This document shows, one piece after another, positions 48,101 to 54,996 of a stretch of 64,000 bases of DNA. Both the position numbers and the translations under genes were made by a program. Origin of the DNA: Alphaproteobacteria bacterium (GTDB taxonomy: Bacteria; Pseudomonadota; Alphaproteobacteria; UBA2966); NCBI GenBank assembly GCA_018650465.1, contig JABIFY010000104.1, forward strand, positions 6,107-70,106, given 5' to 3'. Within the stretch, counting starts at the first letter, position 1. Each line of letters starts with the position of its first letter. The notes under the pieces were generated by a model. The model was not told where the DNA came from. It made no database searches and was given only the letters and a program-made list of their open reading frames with translations.

Positions 48101-49491
48101 AAAACGGCCAGGAGGCGTTGGAAAAAATTGCCACGGAAGATCCCTTTGATGTGGTCCTTATGGACCGACACATGCCGGTTATGGATGGCATTGAGGCCAC
48201 ACGGCGGATCCGTGCCATGGAGGGCATTGAAGGGACTATACCTATTATTGCCGTGACGGCAGCGGCAACCCAGCGCGAGGTCGAAACCTGTCTTGAAGCC
48301 GGTATGAATGATGTTGTGACCAAGCCCATTGATCCCAGACTGCTGGATATCGCCCTGAAGCGGATATCCTTGTCAGATGAACATGTGCCGGACCAGGATG
48401 TGTTGACGGACGACACCCACAGCGCGGATGCAGCGGTACTGGACCTTGGCGTCATCGATGCCCTGAACAAGGATTATGGTGAAGATTCAGCCGCGGAGTT
48501 TTTTGATATGTTCCGGGAAATTGCCCCCGAAGCCATAAGTGGTTTTCAGGCAGCGGTTGTGGCCGGGGACGTCGGTCAGATGACACATTTTTCTCACGAC
48601 CTGAAAAGTAGCGCTGCCAATGTTGGCCTGATGCGTTTGTCTGGCTTGTGTCGTGATATTGAAATGGCATCAGATGATGGCCGGATGGAAGAGGCCTGCA
48701 AAATGGGCGAGGCCTTGCCCGTGGCGCTGGCGCAAGCTTTGCGCGCACTGGTAACGCTTGAGCGTGACGATGTTATGGGCACCGAACCGGCTGATGCACA
48801 AGCCTTGTTCCTGGCGAAAATGGGTCATGATTTGCGAAATGTCATGAACAATGTGACGGGCTATGTTGCCTTGCTGCAAGAGGACAGGGACGCCAACCAT
48901 TCACCGGAAACGGTGGCGGGGTATGCCGCGGAAATTCGCCGCGGTGGTGACCGCATGCAGGGCATGAGCGAATGTATGTTTGACCTGATCCAGCTGCAGG
49001 CGGGAACGTGGCCCTACAAGGCGCAATCATTTGATTTGAACCATGCCGTGCAGGATTGTATTGCGGTATCGGACAGCCAGGGCAACGAAGATGCCCAAGC
49101 GGCAGATCAAATCCGGATTGATTTTCAGCCGCTGGCAGACTCTGTACAGGCTTATGGCGATCCGGCGGCCTTTCGAAAGATGCTGACTCTTTTGCTTCTC
49201 AATGCGACGTCCACCAGTGCCGCAGCAAGCGAAGTCAGGGTCCATCTGGATACTGCTGGCCCGGAAACCGTTCTGGTCGTCAGCGATCAAGGATCCGGAA
49301 TTGGACTGGAAGTCGCGGCCCAGATTAACGATCCCTATGGCAGCGTGTGGCAAGGGTCGGATGGGACATCTGTGCAAAACCTGCGCTTTGCCGTGGCCGC
49401 CGGTCTGGCTGCTTTGGCTGGCAGCAGCCTGGGCCTTGCCGACAGTCCTGAAGGAGGGACACGGGCCTCGGTTTCCCTGAAGGGAAACTGA
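45145..49491 (+). CDS. BvgS-like hybrid sensor kinase. It has a signal peptide, two periplasmic SBP family 3 (Venus-flytrap) domains, TM, PAS, HisKA, HATPase, receiver and Hpt, plus an additional C-terminal HisKA/HATPase-like module.
   Basis: GTG start with a GAGGA ribosome-binding site. H-box VSHEVRTPMNGVLGMARLM. N/G boxes NLLSNAIKFT, DTGAGI, GGTGLGLSI. Receiver ILLVEDNRINRK...DRHMPVMDG. Hpt HFSHDLKSSAANVGL. A second H-box-like segment (MGHDLRNVMNNVTGYVALL) and N/G-like boxes (LLLNATSTS; VSDQGSGIGLE) lie at the C-terminus. Confidence 0.85.
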   Translation: MRYLNNIKRGIFLGLMIIVMSAVTVSASAADSTISLTDAERAWIKANPRIRVHNEMDWPPFNFAREDQAQGYSIDFMNLVASSTGLQVDYVTGPTWGEFLELMKSGKLDVMLNIVKTPARQKYLLYTRPYADNPNTILSRRDAPYDSLEQLFGKTISVPKGFFYEEILKREYPKIKLHLVKDTLETMKAVTFGKADAALGELAVFNHLLGAHLMTGLGVSGEVKMGNPEYALLNMATRTDTPLLASILDKGIKSITIEQIRAIQRKWLGETRVSQDPARSMALTSAQKDWLVQHPVIRLGIDPDYPPFEFESEDGKLSGISADYLRLINKRLGTDIKVVPGLKWPEVIAGVEAGSVDILSAALRSPVREKFLLFSKPHLEFPVVILTRDDYPFVANLDDLTGKKIALVRDFSVTDLIRKNFPQVVPHMVDTPLAALQAVSVGDAEAAVINLAVATNFIRTNNLINIKVAAPAGLDIKGLAFAVRKDWPELVGILNKALASITPEEEAQIRNRWISVRYEHVADTEALVKVALQVGAVAVVILLLIVFWNRRLRQEIGRREATETELTEKEALLRLALAQMSDGIYQLDNQLRYTLFNDRYVELVDVPQNLVQVGMPVERVVRHLAQRGDYGEGEIETLVQKRLREFILPDPISVEVTTPDKILEFRQTPAADGGMVAVASDITERKQYEEILRKAKDDAEASAQAKSDFIAVVSHEVRTPMNGVLGMARLMLETPLIGEQVEYAQTIVDSGEALLTILNDLLDISKLEAGKLEIEAFAFAPRRLIADTGNVMRPRAVEKGLKTQFRVGDNVPLAVIGDANRLRQIVFNLLSNAIKFTDRGEVEIAVEAQETGEDTVELIVSVTDTGAGIDPESADKLFAPYVQANVDIARRYGGTGLGLSISRRLAGLMGGYLTLQSEVGKGSTFTLTVPFETTESIPTEARDNTHWTDKSFGRGLRILLVEDNRINRKVAEGMIGKLGHKLVAAENGQEALEKIATEDPFDVVLMDRHMPVMDGIEATRRIRAMEGIEGTIPIIAVTAAATQREVETCLEAGMNDVVTKPIDPRLLDIALKRISLSDEHVPDQDVLTDDTHSADAAVLDLGVIDALNKDYGEDSAAEFFDMFREIAPEAISGFQAAVVAGDVGQMTHFSHDLKSSAANVGLMRLSGLCRDIEMASDDGRMEEACKMGEALPVALAQALRALVTLERDDVMGTEPADAQALFLAKMGHDLRNVMNNVTGYVALLQEDRDANHSPETVAGYAAEIRRGGDRMQGMSECMFDLIQLQAGTWPYKAQSFDLNHAVQDCIAVSDSQGNEDAQAADQIRIDFQPLADSVQAYGDPAAFRKMLTLLLLNATSTSAAASEVRVHLDTAGPETVLVVSDQGSGIGLEVAAQINDPYGSVWQGSDGTSVQNLRFAVAAGLAALAGSSLGLADSPEGGTRASVSLKGN

Positions 49492-49603
49492 AAGCTTTAA
49501 GCCGACCCCGCTGGCGAATAAAAGGCGCCTTAAATCGCGCGACCGTTGACCTGCTTCTTCTGATGGCTGACTATGGCATGGTTGAACAGGGGAGATCGTA
49601 GGC

Positions 49604-50305
49604 GTGAGTCAAATGGCCGAACAAAGTGGGGTCCTGGGGCCGGAAAGCATTCTCGTTATTGAGGATGATCTTGCCTTTGCCAGGCTATTGGTCACTTTTC
49701 TGAAGAAACAGGGGTACGATGCCGAAACAGTACCTACCGCGGCAGAAATGTTTCAGAAACTGGAAGACAAAACCTACGATTGTCTGATCGTTGACTTAAC
49801 CTTGCCGGATGAAGACGGCATTGTTCTGGTGCGCAAACTTCGGGCCCGCGCCATTGGCCCCTTGATCGTCCTGACCGGGCGCGACGGGATTGATGACAAG
49901 CTGGCCAGTTTTGAAGTTGGTGCGGATGATTATGTCACCAAGCCCGTTGACCCCCGCGAAATTGTGATGCGCATCAAAGCTGTGCGCAGCCGATCAACAA
50001 CTTACGGCGCGGACGCGGCCGACAAGATCAAGCTGGGCTCATATTTACTGGACCATGAAAAACGGGAAGTCAGCCGCGAAGATCAAACACTGGTGGACGT
50101 GACCCCCGCCGAATTCAATCTCATGTGGGTTTTGGCCCAGGCTGAGGGTAAAGTCCTTAGCCGCGATATCCTGGTGGACGCGGTTTCAACAGGTGATGGC
50201 CCGGCATCCTTTCGTGCCGTTGATATTCTGGTCAGCCGGGTGCGCAAGAAACTCGACAAGGAAGCCATTCTGACTGTACCCAACAGCGGCTACAAATGTG
50301 GCTGA
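49604..50305 (+). CDS. OmpR-family response regulator (receiver plus winged-helix DNA-binding domain).
   Basis: Receiver ILVIEDDLAFARLL...DLTLPDEDG. OmpR C-terminal trans_reg_C pattern LTPAEFNLMWVLA...VSRVRKKL. Confidence 0.85.
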   Translation: MSQMAEQSGVLGPESILVIEDDLAFARLLVTFLKKQGYDAETVPTAAEMFQKLEDKTYDCLIVDLTLPDEDGIVLVRKLRARAIGPLIVLTGRDGIDDKLASFEVGADDYVTKPVDPREIVMRIKAVRSRSTTYGADAADKIKLGSYLLDHEKREVSREDQTLVDVTPAEFNLMWVLAQAEGKVLSRDILVDAVSTGDGPASFRAVDILVSRVRKKLDKEAILTVPNSGYKCG

Positions 50306-50477
50306 CCTGTCAGTCAAGCTTGATGTTTTGGGTTAATATACAACAATATCAATAGCTTAGATTTTTTTCAATCAGACACATTTCAGAAACCTTTTTCCTG
50401 AAGCTTTGGCCTAAAAGTAGTTCATCCAATGACGGAACATACACTTAACCAAACTTCAGTAAGCAAGGAAAAAGACA

Positions 50478-50750
50478 ATGGCGAATATCGGAAATCATAC
50501 TTTTGTTGACGGCGTCGGTGACATTCGGTTGCGCGATGGCGTGGTACGCATGGACCTGCTGGCCCTGTCACCAACCCGCCGTGACCAGGAAGGCAGCCCA
50601 GTTCCGCAGTTTGTTGATCAGCTGGTGATGTCACCTCGTGCATTTCTGCGCATGGTTTCTGCCCTTGGCGATACCGTTCGCCAGATGCAGGAAAAAGGCA
50701 TGCTTGGCAGCGCCGCTGAAGCTGGCGAAGAAGCTGCAGCAGAAGCCTGA
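50478..50750 (+). CDS. Small protein, paralogue A (90 aa). It has a conserved ~65-aa N-terminal domain and an Ala/Glu-rich tail. Function unknown.
   Basis: The GGAAAAAG ribosome-binding site is 5 nt upstream. Residues 8-68 are nearly identical to those of the ORF at 50840. A rho-independent terminator follows. Confidence 0.55.
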   Translation: MANIGNHTFVDGVGDIRLRDGVVRMDLLALSPTRRDQEGSPVPQFVDQLVMSPRAFLRMVSALGDTVRQMQEKGMLGSAAEAGEEAAAEA

Positions 50751-50758
50751 ATGAAAAT

Positions 50759-50799
50759 GGTGGGGACAGGCGATCAGGCCGCCCCACCTTCTTTTCTCT
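50759..50799 (+). terminator. Rho-independent terminator-like hairpin (GGTGGGG...CCCCACC followed by TTCTTTTCTCT) immediately after paralogue A.
   Basis: Read directly: a 7-bp GC stem with a T-rich tract. Confidence 0.5.
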
Positions 50800-50839
50800 A
50801 ATCAATAATCAATAATTCAGCCCAACAGGGAATAACAAA

Positions 50840-51169
50840 ATGCCCAGTATTTCAGAACAATCATTTATCGATGGCGTTGGCGATATCCGTTTGCGTGACG
50901 GCATCATCCGCATGGATTTGTTGGCCTTGTCACCAACACGCCGTGACCAGGAAGGTAATCCTGTCCCACAGTTTGTTGATCAACTGGTCATGTCACCAGC
51001 CGCCTTTTTGCGCATGGTTTCGGCCCTGGGTGACACTGTCAAACAGATGCATGACAAGGGCTTGCTGACTAGTCCCGCATCTGACCAGCCTGAAGCAGCC
51101 GCTGAACAGCCATCGGTCACAAGCTCTGGCAAGAAGAAAAAGGAAAAAAAGGTATCGCCGAATTTTTGA
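50840..51169 (+). CDS. Small protein, paralogue B (109 aa). It has the same N-terminal domain and a divergent Ser/Thr/Lys-rich tail.
   Basis: Core FIDGVGDIRLRDGIIRMDLLALSPTRRDQEGNPVPQFVDQLVMSPAAFLRMVSALGDTV, closely matching paralogue A. Confidence 0.55.
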   Translation: MPSISEQSFIDGVGDIRLRDGIIRMDLLALSPTRRDQEGNPVPQFVDQLVMSPAAFLRMVSALGDTVKQMHDKGLLTSPASDQPEAAAEQPSVTSSGKKKKEKKVSPNF

Positions 51170-51239
51170 TGTTATTGCATGATCAATCGTTGCGTTATCA
51201 CACGGAACGATATTCAGCAAAACAGCAAATGCAGGTTAT

Positions 51240-52076
51240 TTGAAAATGACAGACCAAACCACAGATACGAACGGCGCATTCCGCGCTCTGGTTGTTGATG
51301 ACAACGCCATGTCCCGCAAGATGCTGGAACATCGCCTGGTCAAGGATGGCCATCAGGTAACCTGCGTTACCAGTGGTGAAGAAGCCCTCGACTATGTAGT
51401 TAATCATCCTGTTGACGTCATGTTCCTGGATTTGCATCTGACAGGTATCGATGGGATTGAAGTCCTCAAAGCGCTGAAGGCCGACGAGAAGACAAGCGAT
51501 ATTAACGTTGTCATGGTTTCAGGCAGTGACCGGGAAGAAGCTGTGATTGAAAGCCTGCGGGCCGGTGCCAAAGTCTTTTTGCATAAACCTGTCGCCGCCC
51601 AGGACTTGCGTGATGCCATGCACAAACTGTCGGGTTCATCCATCCGCGAGAATCATAATGGCACCCCGCCTTCGATTTCGCCGAACACATCTGCCGAACC
51701 AGTTATATCGATCGAAGATTCCCCTGTTCTCAATCCAGCGCAGCTCCAGCAATTGTTACGGGATTATGGTGCGACGGAGACAACAGGGTTCATCAATCGC
51801 TTCGCTGAACTGGCGCCAGGTCAGTGTGAATATGTTCAGGACCGTGCCGCGACAGGTGATGTGAATGAATGGCGTTTCGCGGTTCATGACCTGAAGGGCA
51901 GTGCCCGGTCGGTAGGCCTGGTACGTCTGGGCACCATTTGCCGCGACATTGAACGGGCCTTTGACGAAGACCGCATTGAAGACGCGGCCTCATTGACGGC
52001 CTTGTTGCCGGATCAACTTGAACACGCGCTGGCAACACTTCGCCAACAAGGCGCCCAGATTACCGGGGAGACGTGA
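51240..52076 (+). CDS. Response-regulator receiver protein with a C-terminal Hpt-like domain.
   Basis: Receiver ALVVDDNAMSRK...DLHLTGIDG...KP. Hpt-like HDLKGSARSVGL. Confidence 0.72.
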   Translation: MKMTDQTTDTNGAFRALVVDDNAMSRKMLEHRLVKDGHQVTCVTSGEEALDYVVNHPVDVMFLDLHLTGIDGIEVLKALKADEKTSDINVVMVSGSDREEAVIESLRAGAKVFLHKPVAAQDLRDAMHKLSGSSIRENHNGTPPSISPNTSAEPVISIEDSPVLNPAQLQQLLRDYGATETTGFINRFAELAPGQCEYVQDRAATGDVNEWRFAVHDLKGSARSVGLVRLGTICRDIERAFDEDRIEDAASLTALLPDQLEHALATLRQQGAQITGET

Positions 52077-52077
52077 C

Positions 52078-52842
52078 GTGGCGCGCCTAGTTTTCGACTT
52101 TAGTGTTTTGCGGGTCTTGTTGGTAGAAGACGACACCTTCGCCCGCGAAATGGAATTGACAGCCTTGCAGCATCTTGGCATTTCACGCATCACCATTGCC
52201 AGCGATGGCACGGATGCGCTGGATATTCTGGAGCGCAACAAAACCTTTGATCTGATCATTTCTGACTGGAATATGCGGCCCCTGGATGGCATTGGCCTGG
52301 TCACATCGGTGCGCCGTCACTGGCCCTCAATTGCCTTTGTTATGATCACCAACAATGAAACCGTTGAGCGGGTTCACCAGGCAACAGATGCGGGGGTCGA
52401 TGGTTATCTGATTAAACCTTTTTCCCTGAACAAACTGCGTGAAGTTATTCAACTTGCCTTGATGTCCCGGGTGGAAAGTGCAGAAGGGCTGTTCTTCGAT
52501 CAATCGAAACAGCGCCCCGCCAATCCCGAACTGGACGAGGTTTCGAACTGGCTGCACGGTGTTCTTGCCCAGCCGGTGGACCAGGCGGGTGGTGTTGAAC
52601 AAAAAAATGATGAGGCCATCACGGTTCTGGAAAACCGGAACCTGGCCGCGAAAGTCTCTAATCAATTGACCGGTTTCATAAGCCTGCTGGATGCCTCTGA
52701 CCCCGCCCAGCTTTCAGTCATTCGCCTGCATGTCGATTGCATCCGGGCCATTTTATCCGGCCGCAATGATTTACTGGAGCACGAAACACGCAACGCAATA
52801 CTCGACGGCCTGACACTCGCAGCCGACCTTGTGACAGATTAG
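52078..52842 (+). CDS. Response regulator: a receiver domain plus an uncharacterised C-terminal domain.
   Basis: Receiver VLLVEDDTFAREME...SDWNMRPLDG...KP. The probable start is GTG 52078, directly after the upstream stop. The track ORF begins at 52018. Confidence 0.6.
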   Translation: MARLVFDFSVLRVLLVEDDTFAREMELTALQHLGISRITIASDGTDALDILERNKTFDLIISDWNMRPLDGIGLVTSVRRHWPSIAFVMITNNETVERVHQATDAGVDGYLIKPFSLNKLREVIQLALMSRVESAEGLFFDQSKQRPANPELDEVSNWLHGVLAQPVDQAGGVEQKNDEAITVLENRNLAAKVSNQLTGFISLLDASDPAQLSVIRLHVDCIRAILSGRNDLLEHETRNAILDGLTLAADLVTD

Positions 52843-52851
52843 GAAAAGACC

Positions 52852-54996
52852 ATGCATACCGCCATCACCTGTTTTGTCCTGACGGCCCGCCGACACGGTG
52901 TGCATACGACTGTCGAACGTGTTGTTCATGATTATGCCATCCAGGATGAACCCACTGCAGCCCGCGTTGTTCGCATTGCCCAGGATCTGGGCCTGAAGGG
53001 TCGTTCGCGCAAAATCAAATGGGAAACATTAGCCCGCGTCGGCAAAGCCTTCCCATTGTTGTGCCCCCTGAAAAATGGCAACTGGGTGGTTCTGGCGTCG
53101 TTGGATGCGGGGACCGCAGACCAGGCTCCGGCAGCCCTGATCCTGGATCCCATGAGCGAGGGTGGCGGCCTGATCCGGGTTGACCAGGAGATGCTTGAAA
53201 AAGCCTGGACAGGTGAAGTGGTTTTCCTCAAGCGGGCCAGTCAGATCACGGACGAAGATCAACCTTTTGGTTTTCGCTGGTTTGTGCCGGAAATCTTGCG
53301 CCACAAATCCCTCTTTGTCGAAATCGGCATTGCAGCCCTGTTCATGCATGTCCTGGCCCTGGCCTCACCTGTGTTCTTTCAGATCACGCTGGATAAAGTC
53401 ATTGGCAATCAGGCCATCGATACCTTGTATGTGTTGGCAGGTGGCGTTTTTGTCGCTTTCACTTTCAATGCCATCCTGGAATACCTCAGAAGTCTTTTGC
53501 TGCTGCACGCCACCGGCAAAATGGATGTACGGGTGGCGACGCGCACTTTTGGCAAGCTCATGAGTTTGCCCATCGATTTTTTCCGCGGCACCTCGGCCGG
53601 TACCCTGACCAAACATATGCAGCAGACCGGCAGTGTGCGCGAATTTCTCACCGGGCGCTTGTTCCTGACATTCCTCGATATGACAGCCGTTTTTGTCTAT
53701 CTGCCGATCCTGTTCTTTTATTCATCTGCGTTGACCTGGGTTGTCCTGGGCTTTACCGGTGCGATCTCCGCCATCAGCTTTGTCATCAAGGGACCTTATC
53801 GCCGTCGTCTGTTGGCCCTCTATCGGGCAGAAGGTGCGCGCCAATCCATGCTGGTAGAAACCATCGGCGGCATGGAAACGGTCAAGGCCCTGGCGATTGA
53901 ACCCATCAAGGAAAAAGTCTGGGCCGATACATCTGCTCAGGCCGTTGCCATGCAATTGTCGGTCGGCAAAATCTCTCATCTGGTCAAGGGCCTGACAAAG
54001 TATCTCGGCCAGTTGATGACCATGATGATCATCTTTGTTGGTGCCCAGATGGTATTCTCTGGCGACGTCAGCGTTGGCGCCTTGATTGCCTTTAATATGC
54101 TGGCCGGTCGGGTCAGCGGCCCTTTGATCCAGGCCGTTGGTTTGATCAACGAATTCGAACAGTCTTCGCTCTCGGTCAAGATGCTGGGCGAAGTCATGAA
54201 CCAAAAACCCGAGCGTGCCTCTACCGGTGGTCTGACACCAAAAATTCGCGGCGATATTGAATTTGATAACGTCACCTTTCGTTATGGCAAGGATGGCCCG
54301 CCCGCGTTGAGCAACATGTCTTTCAAAATTGACGCCGGTCAGGTGGTTGGCATCGTCGGGCGCTCTGGTTCCGGAAAGAGTTCCGTGCTGCGCATCTTTC
54401 AGGGACTGTATCGCCCAACTTCAGGTCTGATCCGCATTGATGGTGTGGATGTGCGGGAAATTGATCTGGCACATTTACGCATGAATACGGGTGTGGTCTT
54501 GCAGGAAAGCTTTTTGTTCCGGGGCACCGTACGAGATAACATCGCGGTTACCCGTCCGGAATCAGCCTTCGCTGATATCGTGGCGGCGGCAAAAATGGCT
54601 GGTGCCGACGAGTTCATCCAACGATTACCACAAGGGTATGACACGGTACTTGAAGAAGGGGCTTCGAACCTATCCGGTGGGCAGAAGCAGCGCCTCGCTA
54701 TTGCCCGCTCGCTGATGCGCCAGCCCCGGTTCCTGGTTCTGGATGAAGCGACCAGCGCCCTGGATCCGGAAAGTGAAGCAATTGTCCAGGCCAACCTGCA
54801 ACAGATTGCCGCCGGGCGGACCGTACTGATCGTCTCGCACCGCCTGTCGACCCTGGTTGATGCCGATACCATCATGGTGGTTGAAGAAGGCCGGATCGCC
54901 GAGCAAGGCAGCCATAGCGAACTTCTGAACAACAGTGAAATTTATCGCCAACTTTGGTATACCCAGAACCCGGAGCAGAACCGTGCAGCAGAATAG
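52852..54996 (+). CDS. Type I secretion ABC transporter (HlyB/bacteriocin-exporter family) with an N-terminal C39-like domain, a 6-TM domain and a C-terminal NBD.
   Basis: Walker A GRSGSGKSS. ABC signature LSGGQKQRLAIAR. Walker B FLVLDEATSALD. An N-terminal ~130-aa C39-like segment is present (AITCFVLTARRHG...). By eye the peptidase catalytic Cys position appears to be substituted. Confidence 0.82.
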   Translation: MHTAITCFVLTARRHGVHTTVERVVHDYAIQDEPTAARVVRIAQDLGLKGRSRKIKWETLARVGKAFPLLCPLKNGNWVVLASLDAGTADQAPAALILDPMSEGGGLIRVDQEMLEKAWTGEVVFLKRASQITDEDQPFGFRWFVPEILRHKSLFVEIGIAALFMHVLALASPVFFQITLDKVIGNQAIDTLYVLAGGVFVAFTFNAILEYLRSLLLLHATGKMDVRVATRTFGKLMSLPIDFFRGTSAGTLTKHMQQTGSVREFLTGRLFLTFLDMTAVFVYLPILFFYSSALTWVVLGFTGAISAISFVIKGPYRRRLLALYRAEGARQSMLVETIGGMETVKALAIEPIKEKVWADTSAQAVAMQLSVGKISHLVKGLTKYLGQLMTMMIIFVGAQMVFSGDVSVGALIAFNMLAGRVSGPLIQAVGLINEFEQSSLSVKMLGEVMNQKPERASTGGLTPKIRGDIEFDNVTFRYGKDGPPALSNMSFKIDAGQVVGIVGRSGSGKSSVLRIFQGLYRPTSGLIRIDGVDVREIDLAHLRMNTGVVLQESFLFRGTVRDNIAVTRPESAFADIVAAAKMAGADEFIQRLPQGYDTVLEEGASNLSGGQKQRLAIARSLMRQPRFLVLDEATSALDPESEAIVQANLQQIAAGRTVLIVSHRLSTLVDADTIMVVEEGRIAEQGSHSELLNNSEIYRQLWYTQNPEQNRAAE

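Noticed and set aside
46798-48171. 457-aa minus-strand ORF
   Set aside because: It lies entirely inside, and antisense to, the 1448-aa hybrid kinase gene. The kinase has unambiguous motifs and this ORF has none.
49521-49530. 10-bp palindrome AAGGCGCCTT after the large kinase gene, as a terminator
   Set aside because: It has no loop and no T-tract. It is too short to call.
50478-51169. Small paralogues as Nif11- or NHLP-type RiPP precursor peptides for a C39 peptidase exporter
   Set aside because: They have no double-glycine cleavage motif, no Cys or dehydratable-residue-rich core, and no resemblance to Nif11 or NHLP leaders. The C39-like domain of the ABC transporter also appears to lack the catalytic Cys. 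I kept them as unknown cargo or leader-like proteins instead.
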